Of a stretch of 64,000 nt of DNA, positions 28,109 to 44,476 are shown in pieces (the stretch's first letter is position 1; the number at the start of each line of letters is the position of its first letter). The notes beneath the pieces were generated by a model. It saw only the letters and a list, made by a program, of their open reading frames with translations, was not told the origin of the DNA and did not search any database. The position numbers were made by a program, and so were the translations under genes. This DNA is from the human T2T-CHM13v2.0 reference genome, Homo sapiens: assembly GCF_009914755.1 (NCBI RefSeq), contig NC_060925.1. One strand, given 5' to 3'.

Positions 28109-28396
28109 CTTAATTCAATTTGGCAGCAAAATCTAAGCTGGCCTGAACTAATTTGGTGGCACAAACTGACATGAACTGACAGAATGCTACTTATAGTGTT
28201 ATGCATCCTACATTATTTGTTATATGTTTTACAGCAGAAATATTAATGTATTTAATTGTGGGTGCTGCCCCAAGCCCAGCAGGGGGTATTATGTAATAAG
28301 TAATATATGTATCCCTGTCTTTCTCAGAGCTGAATCATTCTAAATTTCGGACACACATCTAGCCCCTAAGGTTTCAAATAGGGAATCATGGACCTG
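28005..28396. mobile_element. MER46C-like Tigger MITE containing (TG)n near 28065-28105
   Basis: AAAATCCAAAGAGCTCTGAAAATC; GGGTGCTGCCCCAAGCCC; terminal GGGAATCATGGACCTG. Confidence 0.7.
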
Positions 28397-31300
28397 CATT
28401 TACATTTTTATAACAGGCTAGCTATGATGGACAGAGCAGAGAAAACAGGGCCTGACCTGGAAACCTGAGTCTCCACTCATTGCTGTTGGAGAGGAAAGCA
28501 GGCCTTCTCCAGGCAAGCTGGAGCAGAGAAATAGCCAGAGCTGCCCCAGGTCGGGAGCAGAGAGGCCTGAAAATAGGACAACAGAGCATCCATGACAGCC
28601 CTCTTCCTGGGGCAGCCACGTTTCCAGTCATTGCTTTATGAATCTATTCAATAAGTTTATTTAATAGTCCTGCAGAGAAAGGGACATGATGCTCCTATTT
28701 ATTTAGTAAGTTCATTATCGTAGATGCGCTTGTGGGACTCTAGACTAATGCTACACAGAGCTAGCTGCTCCCCTGTGCAGATCAAGCCTCTGCTGCCTCT
28801 CACCTTCCTTCCCACCCTATCCCCACATTCCAAAATTTGGAAAAGTGGATATGCCTTCCAAATAGTTCTCTCCATCCTGATTGCTGGTCCCAGAGCCTGA
28901 AATGTCCTTTACTGGCCTCGTCTTTTGTGATCAGGCATTTTGTCCTGCAGAGATATCAACTTGAAAGGTAATGTAGTGAGGTGGAATCTGGACTTCCTGT
29001 GTGGTTTGGGGTAAATAACTTAGACTCTCTGAGTCACGATTTCCTCACTCCTAAAGAGTAGCAAGTAATATCCCTTCAAAAGGTTTTGGGAGGAATAAAT
29101 AATGACCTCAAAGTGCCCTAGAAAAGCATGGGACACTGGAAGCACCCATTGAGGAGTAGTTGACAGATCTAAGCCCCCTCTCAGTGCTCCCTGTTTGTAT
29201 ACAAATGTAGTCATCATCTTTCATTACAACGAAGAAGAGAAAGCATGAGTTTGGAATAAGCCTGGCCTGGATTCTATTCTCAGTTAGGGGACCTTATAAA
29301 AAGCTTATTACCCCTATGAACCTCAGTTTCCACACCTGTACATGGGAATAATGCTTACCTCTTATGCCAACACCCTTAAGAAACCAAAGGGATACCAACA
29401 TACCTAGAGAACCCTGCACAATGTCTGGCCCACGGAAGATGCTTCCTTCCCTTGTCCACCCTTTCCTTCTTCTAACAAGGCAATGGCACTAAAAGACTAT
29501 GGCATTTTCCTTCCAACTTTAGCTGCCTAATAATTCCTAACTAAGAATGACAGAATTCAATACTGAAATCAATGAAGAAGAACCACGTGTCCCTTTTTAA
29601 TCAAAATCTAAAATGACGTAGCCCTCACCTGCGGCCACATCAAAACATAAGTGAGACAAGAAGCAATGGAAGAGGGTACTTTTCAGTTACCTTCTTTGGA
29701 GAAGCAGGAGCCAGGCGAAGGTGGCCTCTGTCTTTAATGATAGGATATAATTCCAATTTCACAACTTAATTATGACCGGATGAAAAGGACAGCATGAAAA
29801 ACTAGGTGTAGGGTAGGGAGTTTCATCTCGTTAGGTTCACTGACACCTCATTAGGGACTTTGAAAAACATTCTGCTTCCAGGCAATTTTGCTACTATCTT
29901 GATTTTTTTCCACGTTTATCTGGCTCCATTTATTTGACTTGACACAAGTAGGAAAATGGGATCTTTGATTTTTTTTCCCAGCTCATCAACTAGCACTTCT
30001 ATTTCTCCACTTCATGCCACAAGGTTCTTTTTCAGGTTATGATCATCAAGATACCAGAGGATCAGAGCTGCCAGAGTAACCTTCCAAAACATGAGCTGGA
30101 TCATGTCACTCCCAATGCCAAATCTTTAATGGCTTCCCACTGTCCATACACAGTAGCAGGGTATGCAAGTACTACCTACTTTTCAGACCTCATTTCCTAC
30201 CTCCTTCTTCCAAAATGTCTATTCTGATTGTAAAAGGGCTACTTAACATTCTTCCCCCAGGCCCAAGAGAAAATCTTATGATGTTCATGATACTCCCATC
30301 TTATTTCTCCATTTCCCCTACCACCTAAGTAAATATCATTTCTCCCTGTAGGTTCAAGTCAAAGATTCAGTTCTCTCTCAAAATTTGTTTCATCTTCCCA
30401 ATTAGAATACACCCCTCACTCTTTCTTAGTTCTGCCAGCATGAGGATCATCTGCACCAGGACATCCTGTCATGAATGATAGCCAATACTTCATGTCTGCC
30501 TGCCCGACCCAACTGTGAGCCCTACCATTGTTAACTTTCTGTTCTCTGTTAGTGAAACACACTACACAGGTGTGTCCCAATCAGTTCCAAGATGTGTCAG
30601 AAACATTTGTTACCTCTAAGATACCAAGCATGGAATGTACATGCATACATATATATATATTTCAAAATAAGTAAACGATTTGGAATTTTCCTCTAATAAT
30701 ACTCTTCTCACTCCTTTCCTTGCCTTCTTAAGTAGAAGCGAAAAGAGTTAAGTTGAAGTTAGAACATGCAGAACTATGCATATCCCTGAGTTCTCCCATG
30801 GCTCTGTGCCTTGTGTATATTGTGAGAAAAACTAAAAGGTTGAGAAGTTCCTCTCTGTAGCACCAAGTCAAGTCATGTAACAATATGATAAATACACGGA
30901 AGACAAATGGGACTGTTCTTGATCATGCTCTGAGGCCTGGGATCCTTTCACTTGACTTTGATGTACAGAACTGTTTATTGTACCATACCATGGACAAAAG
31001 AGGAAAAGTCTGGCAACATCTGGAACCAAAGAGAATATCTTAGTATCTTAAGCACTATGCACAGTTTATTTGGAAATAGTGCCACCATTGCATTAACTTT
31101 GCATGTTAGACTGACTGTGGACCCTAATTAATTGTTGCAACATGGCAAAGGGATTTGGAGTTAATAGATGTGGGCCTAATTTCCTGCTAATTTGCTGTCT
31201 CAAAATAGTAGGATGACTTTGGGCAAGTCCCTTCTTTGAGCCTCCATTTCCTGAACTGTAAAGCAATAAACTTTAAAACATAGAGGAACTCCCACCTTGC

Positions 31301-33020
31301 AGCTTTGTTACATGGATCAAATGAGATGATGTATGTGGAAAAGGGCTTTGTAAATCACAAAGCCTTATAGCAATGGGAGTTAGTAGTTATTGGTATTAGG
31401 AGTTAGCCAAGGGTAAAATGCATCCTCACAACTGGGTTATTTGTTGTAAAAAAAAAAAATGCATTTTCACACCACAGTAAAGAGAATAGGTTTTGGAGGC
31501 TGACCACCTTGTGTCCAAGAATTGGCCCCATCACTTCCTCACTAGGTGATCTTGAAAAAGTCACATAACCTCTCTGAGCTTCATGTCTTTGTATAGGAAA
31601 GGGTGTTGACAGGGCTTTGGTGATTATTATTAAAAATTAACACATTTCTGAAGGATAGAGACATATACATGATAAATCACAGCACAACAGTTTAAATATT
31701 GTACCAGTTATTGCACTACGGAAGAAATAAGTTTCATCCATGAGCTGGGTTTAGAGAATGAGTACGAGCTTCCTAGGAAGAGAAGGCAAGAGAAGAATAT
31801 ATCAGGAAAAAAAGAACAGTAAGTGGCAGAAGTGAGAAAGTCCTGAAATCTAATTTATCTTCATTCTGCTTCCCTATAAATAAAATAGGAATAGAAATGT
31901 CTGCCTTTATTTTTCTGAGATATTCTGAAGGTGAATGAGATCCAGTCTTTGTTACACAATTCACCCCTTCCTAGAGCTGGCCCCTGACTGGTGACTACAA
32001 GGGCAAGTAATCGCCATGACAGCATTTAGGCCCATGGGGAGAGAAAAGACTCCATAGGATGGGACTGTTCCTCTCATTCTTTCCACTGTCCCCAGCTGTG
32101 TTTCCCAAAGATTAGGATGTGTCAAAACATTGAGAGAGATAGGGTACCGAAGCCATATGGTCTCATTGTCTGTCAGAGTCTTCCTGGGGCACATTTTCCT
32201 AAGTCCTTACTCCATCTGAAAGCATCTTTAAATCCAGAGCTGCAGATAGAATGATAAACTATATAGCAGGATTTTCCAATTGGTGATGGGGGCAGGGGTT
32301 GGAGGGAGATGAATAATAGCTAAGTAGGTCAAAAGAAAAGTATTTTGGGAGCTCTCTTCTTCTTTTATCAAGATGAAAACAGTTTACCTTGACGAAGCTC
32401 CCAAATTTTAGGCAGCCTCGTAATTTACCTTCTATAGAACATATAGTTCCCCTTTGTTCTGTGAAATCACACAGTGCTAAGTAAAAAGGCCTGCTTAGGG
32501 CCCTGGTGTGCCCTTACTAGCTGTCCGATCTCCAGGCCTTTAGTATCTCTGATCCCCAAATTTCCCATCTGGTAAATGAAGAAATTTGACTGATCGATTT
32601 GTTATGTCTCTTCTGGCTCTGTTCGTAAATAAAGTCTTATTCAATTCATGTCTGAGACTCTGTGCCCAGTACTGAGCAAAGGGAAATAATCATTTATAAG
32701 ACTCAGGCTTTGCAGTTATATATGTGAGAGGAAGACAGAGGTTTGAAGCCATATACTAATACACACACACACACATACAACTTTGGTGCAAGACAGTCAG
32801 TGTCTTAAGAATTATATGAATTGTAGAAATGATATAGACTATTTTAAAAACATGAAGTGTAAACATCTAGGTTTTCATAGTAACTTGTCATCTCAGCATC
32901 TCAGTTACTGTGAATGTACATATGTATATAAATGTTTGAGTATGTGTGCGTGCATGTTTATCTGGTATCATCCTGTAGCAGTAGATTTGGGATGCACGTG
33001 GAATAAAATAGTTGCTATCA

Positions 33021-33080
33021 GATTATATATATATTCTTAGATTATATATATATATATACACACACACATATATATATATC
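33021..33080. repeat. (TA)n/(CA)n microsatellite
   Basis: Directly visible. Confidence 0.85.
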
Positions 33081-34291
33081 CCAACACCTTATTTACCCAG
33101 ACTCATAAACTCAAACAAAGATGGTCAATTACAGATTTAAGCACCAGCACTCTAAATAGTTATTATTAGAAAATAATGCTCTTTTACAATATGTTATTTT
33201 CATCACTGCTTCCTTAAATATGGTGTACAAAGTCAAGTCATCATTTTCAACATTGGCGGCTACCCTGGGCTGTATTCAGTAATGATTTAGGGGCTGTATG
33301 TGTCAGGGGAAAGATGAGTTGCCTGTGTTTGCATGACTGTGCTTTGCCAGGACACTGATCTACCTAAATAATATTTTGATATCTGCTTTTTTATTTGCAT
33401 ATTTGTGATGAATTATAGGTAATAAGCTAGATATGAAGGCCATCAGAGAAATGATTAAATACTAGGATACATGATTTCTCTTAGAGTCTCCTCATATTTT
33501 ATACAAGGAAAGAGTCTAGCATAGCAGTTTAAGAATGTAGATTGCGGAGTCAGTGAGAGCTGTCACCTGTTATCTGTGTGTGCTTAGGCCAGTGTCTTTG
33601 CATTTCTGAGCCTTATTTTCCTTATATATAAAACAAGAATTATAACGTCACATTCCTCATAGGAGAGCATTCTGAAGGTTAAGTGAGATCACACACATAA
33701 AACAATTAGCAATGTACCCAGTACATGCTAAGTAGTTAGAAAGAGCATGGTAACTGCTATAGTATGAAGCAAACAACATGGCGTTAACAGATCTGGTTCT
33801 AGACTCTGCTTGTCATTGTCTATTATGATTATTGTTGCTGTCGTTATTATTATATTTGATCAAGGGGGATTCAAGGTCTGATTTTCTAACTTTTCTGGGA
33901 TATGTATGTGATAACAACAGATAGAAATTATAAATTAATATAAAATGAAGCATTTTACTAGGGGCTTGCATTGCATGGAATATTAACTCACTGAAGAAGC
34001 ATTTAAAAGAAAATTCAATGGTCTTGAAACACAGCACAGAGGTTCAGTAAGATTAGGCAGGAGTTCACTGTGTGGGATGTTTCACTAATTTGTTTATTTG
34101 TTTGTACAATGTAAAAAACATAAATTTTGGTTCAGTTGCATTTAAAATTCAGCAAATTTTATCTTAGTTTAGTCCAATGTTTAGTTAATATAAGTTCCTT
34201 TCATTCATTTAAGAAATCTCTGAGTAGAGTACAATCATAGTGCTAATACTACTACTAATAATAGTCATAATACTTACATATCACTTGATAC

Positions 34292-34595
34292 TTTTTTTTT
34301 TTTTTTTCGAGACAGGATCTCCCTGTGTCACCCAGGCTGGAGTGCAGTGTTTGCAATCACAGCTCATTGCAGCCTCAACCTCCCAGTCTCAAGTGATCTT
34401 CTCACCTCAGCCTCCCAAGTAGCTGGGACTACAGGAGCATGCCACCATGCTTGGATACTTTTTAAAAAAATGTTTTGCGGAGACAAGGTGCCACTGTATT
34501 GCCCAGGCTGGTCTTGAACTCCTAGGCTCAAACAATCCACCTGTCTCAGCCTTCCAATGTGTTGGGATTACAGGCATAAGCCACCATGCCCAGTC
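34292..34595 (-). mobile_element. AluJ
   Basis: Poly-T, ATCACAGCTCATTGCAGCCTC and CCTAGGCTCAA; degenerate TSD TCAC(T/CT)T(G/A)A(T/C)ACTTTT. Confidence 0.9.
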
Positions 34596-35525
34596 TCACC
34601 TTAACACTTTTTATGGGACATTTAAATGCATTCTCTTCTGCTGATCACTATGAGGTACAATCAGCTCATTTTATGGATAGGAATACCAGAAAGGTAAAGA
34701 AATACAGAGAGGCGTGACTGGTTTATGACAGTATCACTCCACTCATGCTTTGGGGTGGAGGGGGTCAGTAAACAACCTAAAATCTCTATGACAGGCCCCA
34801 GGAGGAAGGAGAAGGGGACAGGCTGTTACCACGGAGGAGCCAGGGGAAGGGAGCAGGCAGGGGAGCTCACTAAACACTGGACTCCATTATATAAGACCCC
34901 TTCCACCCTCTAACATTCTGTCTCTATGAAAAAGAGCTTTCAAGCATCAAACTTATTTGGTCCTAGAATAAAATCAGTCTGACCTTTTCCCACAGAATGT
35001 GCTATCCAAAAAGAAAAGGCCTTAAAGAACCCACTTGGCATGGCTGCCCTGCTGTACCCATTTGCTTAACCAGAGCCAAGATTCCTGTTGGGGTAACAGG
35101 AAACGAAGAAGGGAACACACCAGCCCCTCAATACTTCTCGGCCTCCTGAGGAAGCCAATTCCCCCAGGGCTCTCCGCAGCCCGGGGTAGGGGGAAACCCT
35201 TTGAGGCTCAGCTTGAACCCATGAGCCTTCCAGAGCACTGAGAAAGAAACACATAGCAGTTCCATGACTCCTCATTCAGAAGGGGCCAATCTTTTTCTTT
35301 TTTTCTTTTTTTTTTTTTATTATACTTTAAGTTTTAGGGTACATGTGCACATTGTGCAGGTTAGTTACATATGTATACATGTGCCATGCTGGTGCGCTGC
35401 ACCCACTAACTCGTCATCTAGCATTAGGTATATCTCCTGATGCTATCCCTCCCCCCCTACCCCCCACCCCACAACAGTCCCCAGAGTGTGATATTCCCCT
35501 TCCTGTGTCCATGTGATCTCATTGT

Positions 35526-39348
<3,823 letters not shown>

Positions 39349-39411
39349 TATGATGTTAGCTGGTGATTTTGCTCGTTAGTTGATGCAGTTTCTTCCTAGT
39401 CTTGATGGTCT

Positions 39412-40428
39412 TTACATTTTGGCATGATTTTGCAGCGGCTGGTACCGGTTGTTCCTTTCCATATTTAGTCCTTCCTTCAGGAGCTCTTGTAAGGCAGGCC
39501 TGGTGGTGACAAAATCTCTCAGCATTTGCTTGTCTGTAAAGTATTTTATTTCTCCTTCACTTATGAAGCTTAGTTTGGCTGGATATGAAATTCTGGGTTG
39601 AAAATTCTTTTCTTTAAGAATGTTGAATATTGGCCCCCACTCTCTTCTGGCTTATAGGGTTTCTGCCGAGAGATCCGCCGTTAGTCTGATGGGCTTCCCT
39701 TTGAGGGTAACCCGACCTTTCTCTCTGGCTGCCCTTAACATTTTTTCCTTCATTTCCACTTTGGTGAATCTGACAATTATGTGTCTTGGAGTTGCTCTTC
39801 TCGAGGAGTATCTTTGTGGCGTTCTCTGTATTTCCTGAATCTGAACGTTGGCCTGCCTTGCTAGATTGGGGAAGTTCTCCTGGATAATATCCTGCAGAGT
39901 GTTTTCCAACTTGGTTCCATTCTCCCCATCACTTTCAGGTACACCAATCAGACGTAGATTTGGTCTTTTCACATAGTCCCATATTTCTTGGAGGCTTTGC
40001 TCATTTCTTTTTATTCTTTTTTCTCTAGACTTCCCTTCTCGCTTCATTTCATTCATTTCATCTTCCATTGCTGATACCCTTTCTTCCAGTTGATCGCATC
40101 GGCTCCTGAGGCTTCTGCATTCTTCACGTAGTTCTCGAGCCTTGGTTTTCAGCTCCATCAGCTCCTTTAAGCACTTCTCTCTATTGGTTATTCTAGTTAT
40201 ACATTCTTCTAAATTTTTTTCAAAGTTTTCAACTTCATTGCCTTTGGTTTGAATGTCCTCCCATAGCTCAGAGTAATTTGATCGTCTGAAGCCTTCTTCT
40301 CTCAGCTCGTCAAAGTCATTCTCCATCCAGCTTTGTTCCATTGCTGGTGAGGAACTGCGTTCCTTTGGAGGAGGAGAGGCGCTCTGCTTTTTAGAGTTTC
40401 CAGTTTTTCTGTTCTGTTTTTTCCCCAT
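39412..40428 (-). pseudogene. L1 ORF1 (RNA-binding chaperone), premature stop
   Basis: MGKKQNRKTG start; CAA>TAA at 39652-39654 truncates it at 258 aa; natural stop at 39412-39414 would give 338 aa. Confidence 0.95.
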
Positions 40429-41336
40429 CTTTGTGGTTTTATCTACTTTTGGTCTTTGATGATGGTGATGTATAGATGGGTTTTTGGTGTGGATGTCCTT
40501 TCTGTTTGTTAGTTTTCCTTCTAACAGAGAGGACCCTCAGCTGCAGGTCTGTTGGAGTACCCTGCCGTGTGAGGTGTCAGTGTGCCCCTGCTGGGGGGTG
40601 CCTCCCAGTTAGGCTGCTCGGGGGTCAGGGGTCAGGGACCCACTTGAGGAGGCAGTCTGCCCGTTCTCAGATCTCCAGCTGCTTGCTGGGAGAACCACTG
40701 CTCTCTTCAAAGCTGTCAGACAGGGACATTTAAGTCTGCAGAGGTTACTGCTGTCTTTTTGTTTGTTTGTGCCCTGCCCCCAGAGGTGGTGCCTACAGAG
40801 GCAGGCAGGCCTCCTTGAGCTGTGGTGGGCTCCACCCAGTTCGAGCTTCCTGGCTGCTTTCTTTACCTAATCAAGCCTGGGCAATGGCGGGCGCCCCTCC
40901 CCCAGCCTCAATGCCGCCTTGCAGTTTGATCTCAGACTGCTGGGCTAGCAATCAGCGAGACTCCGTGGGCGTAGGACCCTCCAAGCCAGGTGCAGGAGAT
41001 AATCTCGTGGTGCGCCGTTTTTTAAGCCCGTCGGAAAAGCGCAGTATTCGGGTGGGAGTGACCCGATTTTCCAGGTGCGGTCCGTCAGCGATTTCTTTGA
41101 CTCAGAAAGGGAACTCCCTGACCCCTTGCGCTTCCCAAGTGAGGCAATGCCTCACCCTGCTTCAGCTCGCGCACGGTGCACGCACCCACTGACCTGCGCC
41201 CACTGTCTGGCACTCCCTAGTGAGATGAACCCGGTACCTCAGATGGAAATGCAGAAATCACCCGTCTTCTGCGTCGCTCACGCTGGGAGCTGTAGACTGG
41301 AGCTGTTCCTATTCGGCCATCTTGGCTCCTCCCCCC
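40429..41336 (-). promoter_or_regulatory. L1 5'UTR internal sense and antisense promoter, CpG-rich
   Basis: Intact YY1 site (GGCCATCTTG, 41315-41324); many retained CpGs. Confidence 0.85.
40884..41192 (+). CDS. L1 antisense ORF0-like reading frame (102 aa, C-terminally extended)
   Basis: MAGAPPPAS...SNQRDSVGVGPS...RVGVTRFSR in strong Kozak context GCAATGG; translation not demonstrated. Confidence 0.55.
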   Translation: MAGAPPPASMPPCSLISDCWASNQRDSVGVGPSKPGAGDNLVVRRFLSPSEKRSIRVGVTRFSRCGPSAISLTQKGNSLTPCASQVRQCLTLLQLAHGARTH

Positions 41337-42059
41337 GGGGCCAATCTTTTTCAAAACATCAGTCTTAAAAGTAGGTTGTCTTGCTCATACAGCCAGGGAT
41401 CTCTGAGGATCCGCCTGCAGTCTGCGTGAGATGAAACATCTCGATCTATCAACTGCCACCCCTGAAGGAGCTGAAGGAGCATCTCACTTCTTGTTTTCTC
41501 CCTAGCAGGGCCTATTTGACAGGGTAACACAAACAGGATTCTGTGCTCCTCTGAGAATCCCCCTTCTACATATGGGAGATCCAGCCTCGCCAGGATGCTG
41601 TCTGGATGAGGCTCAGACGTAGACTCCTGGGTAAACTGTCCTGGCTGGTCTGTAGCCTAATAGGAGACTGAAGTAGTAGGTCGCACCCTGGATAACAGCA
41701 CAATTAAAGTGAATTAACATAATCCAGATATCAGTTCTGATATCTGTGTTAGTGTTAGCTAACCCTTTAATAGTGTTAACTCAATTGTGTGACCCTCAAT
41801 TCAAAATTCTGAGATTTCTTTTGTACATTCCCACGAGCTTATACTCTCTTGGGCATATCTGTATTTACATACAAAAAGCTGACAGATCATTATCAGTTAT
41901 TTCTTAAAAACTGAATGTTTCTCTGTCCCCTTCTTCCATTTCTGATTCTTGGCATCAAAGCTGCTATGGTTTTGGAAGTGGCCTAGTTTGGCACACAAGG
42001 GCTTTCTGTTCTGGTTGCACAACGACTTTTTTAGTCTCAACACTTGCTTTTTCCCCACC

Positions 42060-42430
42060 ATGCATCTTATACCCCTGCCTAGTTAACACTGTGCTATTTA
42101 TGGTCTCTGTGCTTTTCTACAGAGGCTCCATTTCCTTTACTTACTCTCTTCTTCACCTGGCTAACTCCTGTTCAACCCTCAAAAGGTCACTCAGGAATCG
42201 TACTCTCTGGGACTCCCTAGCTAATGCCTCATCTGATCTGTCTGGTTTGGATGCCCCTCCTTGGAGATCCTGCTCTCTGGGTTATCTTTCATAATCTCTG
42301 TCATAGGGTCTTATAGTCATTTGCTTAACTGTCTGAATCCCATCTTCATCTCTAAGCTCCTTGGAGATGGGGACCCTGTCTTGTCTCTACCTGCCAACAG
42401 ATTTCCAGGGCCAGAGTATACTAAATGTTT
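42060..42430 (+). mobile_element. L2
   Basis: CTTCACCTGGCTAACTCCT...CTAAGCTCCTTGGAGATGGGGACCCTGTCTT. Confidence 0.6.
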
Positions 42431-42939
42431 CTTTCACTGATTCATTTATTTAGCAATTGATCAATAAGTTTATTGATCTCTTTTAGTTGTTCAGAGACCT
42501 TTTATCCTGATTTAAGGCTCTCACTTGTTTTTTGAATAGATGAAGTCACTAGACAAATGAGAAACCTCCAAGTAAGCATAGGTCACTCTGTGAAGTTTCC
42601 AAGTGTTCTTTGATCATTTACACTTGGCAGCCAGGTATTGCAGAAGGACAGCCAGCTTGGTGGCATCAGTGAATGCAATTTTTCTTCACAGAGCTTGTAA
42701 TGAGCAACATTGCCAATTTAATCTTTGGGGCCTGTCAATTCCTCCTTTCTTCATGCTCTGCTCTTCTTTTCAGGCTTACTTTCCCACCCCCAAGGCACAC
42801 AGGACCTGTATCCTCAATGGTCTTCTCAGAACCTTGGAGTTTTGATTATAGCTCCATGACTAACTAATTAGCTGTGTGACCCTGGACACCCCATTTTCCC
42901 TGTTTGAGCCTCATTTTCCTTAGTTATCAAATAAAGTAT

Positions 42940-43745
42940 TTTCTTAGTCCATTTGTACTGTTATAATAAAATATTTTAGATGGGTAATTTATAAATAATA
43001 GACATGTATTTCTCACAGTTCTGAACGTTGGGAAGTCTAAGATCAAAGCATCAGCAGATTTGGCATCTGGTGAAGGCTTGCTGTCTGCTTCCAAGATGGT
43101 GCCTTCTTGCTGCATCCTAACATGGAGAAAAAAAAGCCTTGTATCCGCACATGCTGGGAGAGATGAAAGGGCCAGGCAGCTATTTGAAGTTTCTTTTATA
43201 AGCCACCAATCCCATATATGAGGAAAGAACCTTTGTCATCTAATCACATTTCAAAGGCCCCACCTCTTAATAACATCACCTTGGGGTTTCAGTTCCAACA
43301 TACAAATTGTATTAGTCCATTCTCACACTGCTATAAAGACAAAACTGAGACTGGGTAATTTATTTGAAAAAAAAAAGAGGTTTAATCAGCTCATGCTTCT
43401 GCAGGCTGTACAGGCGTCTTCTTCTGGGGAGGCCTCAGGAAACTTACAATCATGACAGAAGGTAAAGGAGAAGCAGGCACATTTCACATGGCCAGCAGGA
43501 GAGAGACAGTGAAGGGGACGGTGATACACACTTTTTAAACAACCAGATATTGTGAGAACTCTATCACGAGAAAGCACTAGCAGGATGGTGCTAAACCATT
43601 AGAAACCACCCCCATGATCCAATCACCTCCCAGCAGGCCCCACCTCCAACACTGGGGATTACAATTCAACATGAGATTTGGGTGGGGACACAGAGCCAAA
43701 CCATATCATGAATCTAGGAGGGACCCATACATTCAAACCACAGTA
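42940..43745 (-). mobile_element. MLT1A0-like LTR, split by MSTA
   Basis: TCTTAGTCCATTTG...GATCAAAGCATCAGCAGATTTGG; resumes after 43708 and ends CATTCAAACCACAGTA. Confidence 0.85.
43308..43708 (-). mobile_element. MSTA-like MaLR solo LTR
   Basis: TGTATTAGTCC...GCCAAACCATATCA; flanks CAAAT/TGAAT. Confidence 0.9.
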
Positions 43746-44374
43746 GACAGGATGAAAAATGACAATCTATCATTGAATCAAGGCCAGGAGACAGCACCTG
43801 GTCTGTAAAGGTAGACTAAGAAGCTGGCTTCATGTGGAGATGAGGTCTGGAAAAGTGGGTGTGGGTCATGCTGTCAGAAACCCTATCCCAATCTCATATC
43901 CTGTCTTCAATCCTATTAGCCTCTAAGTCTCATTTTTTGTTGAGGGAAATACATTATCTTCCTGAAGGGGCTGTTGTAAATCAAAAGGGATCATGGATGT
44001 GAGACAGCTCTGAAAACTTAGAAGCTTGTCAGTCATTATGATCTCTCTAAAGCAATCCAGACATACCAACAAGGACTGTCCATGTCCTAAACCACCGTTT
44101 ATCAAGGTGCATTCCAGGAGCCTCCTTCTGAGAGGTGTCTACAGAGATTAATGGATAAAGGAGAAGGAAGAATGAGGTTATTATAGACAATCAATTTGAG
44201 AAACATGGAATAACAAAGGTAAATGGGGAGATTTCTTTACTGAGGAAGGCCTTGACTAGCTACCAGGTACCGAGTACCTGGTACTCAGTGCTGAGTTCCT
44301 GTCTACAAACAGGAACTTTTTTTTATTTTTGTGAAATTTATAATTACATTTCAATGCTGACTCATTTTATTTTA

Positions 44375-44476
44375 CCTTTATTTTTAAAGATAATTTTAAC
44401 TTTTATTTTAGATTTAGGGGTGCATGTGTAAGTTTGTTACCTGGGTATGTTGTGTGGTACTGAGGTTTGGGGTACA
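44375..44476 (-). mobile_element. Old L1PA/L1PB 3' tip (~100 bp)
   Basis: ACTTTTATTTTAGATTTAGGGGTGCATGTG...TGAGGTTTGGGGTAC. Confidence 0.75.
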
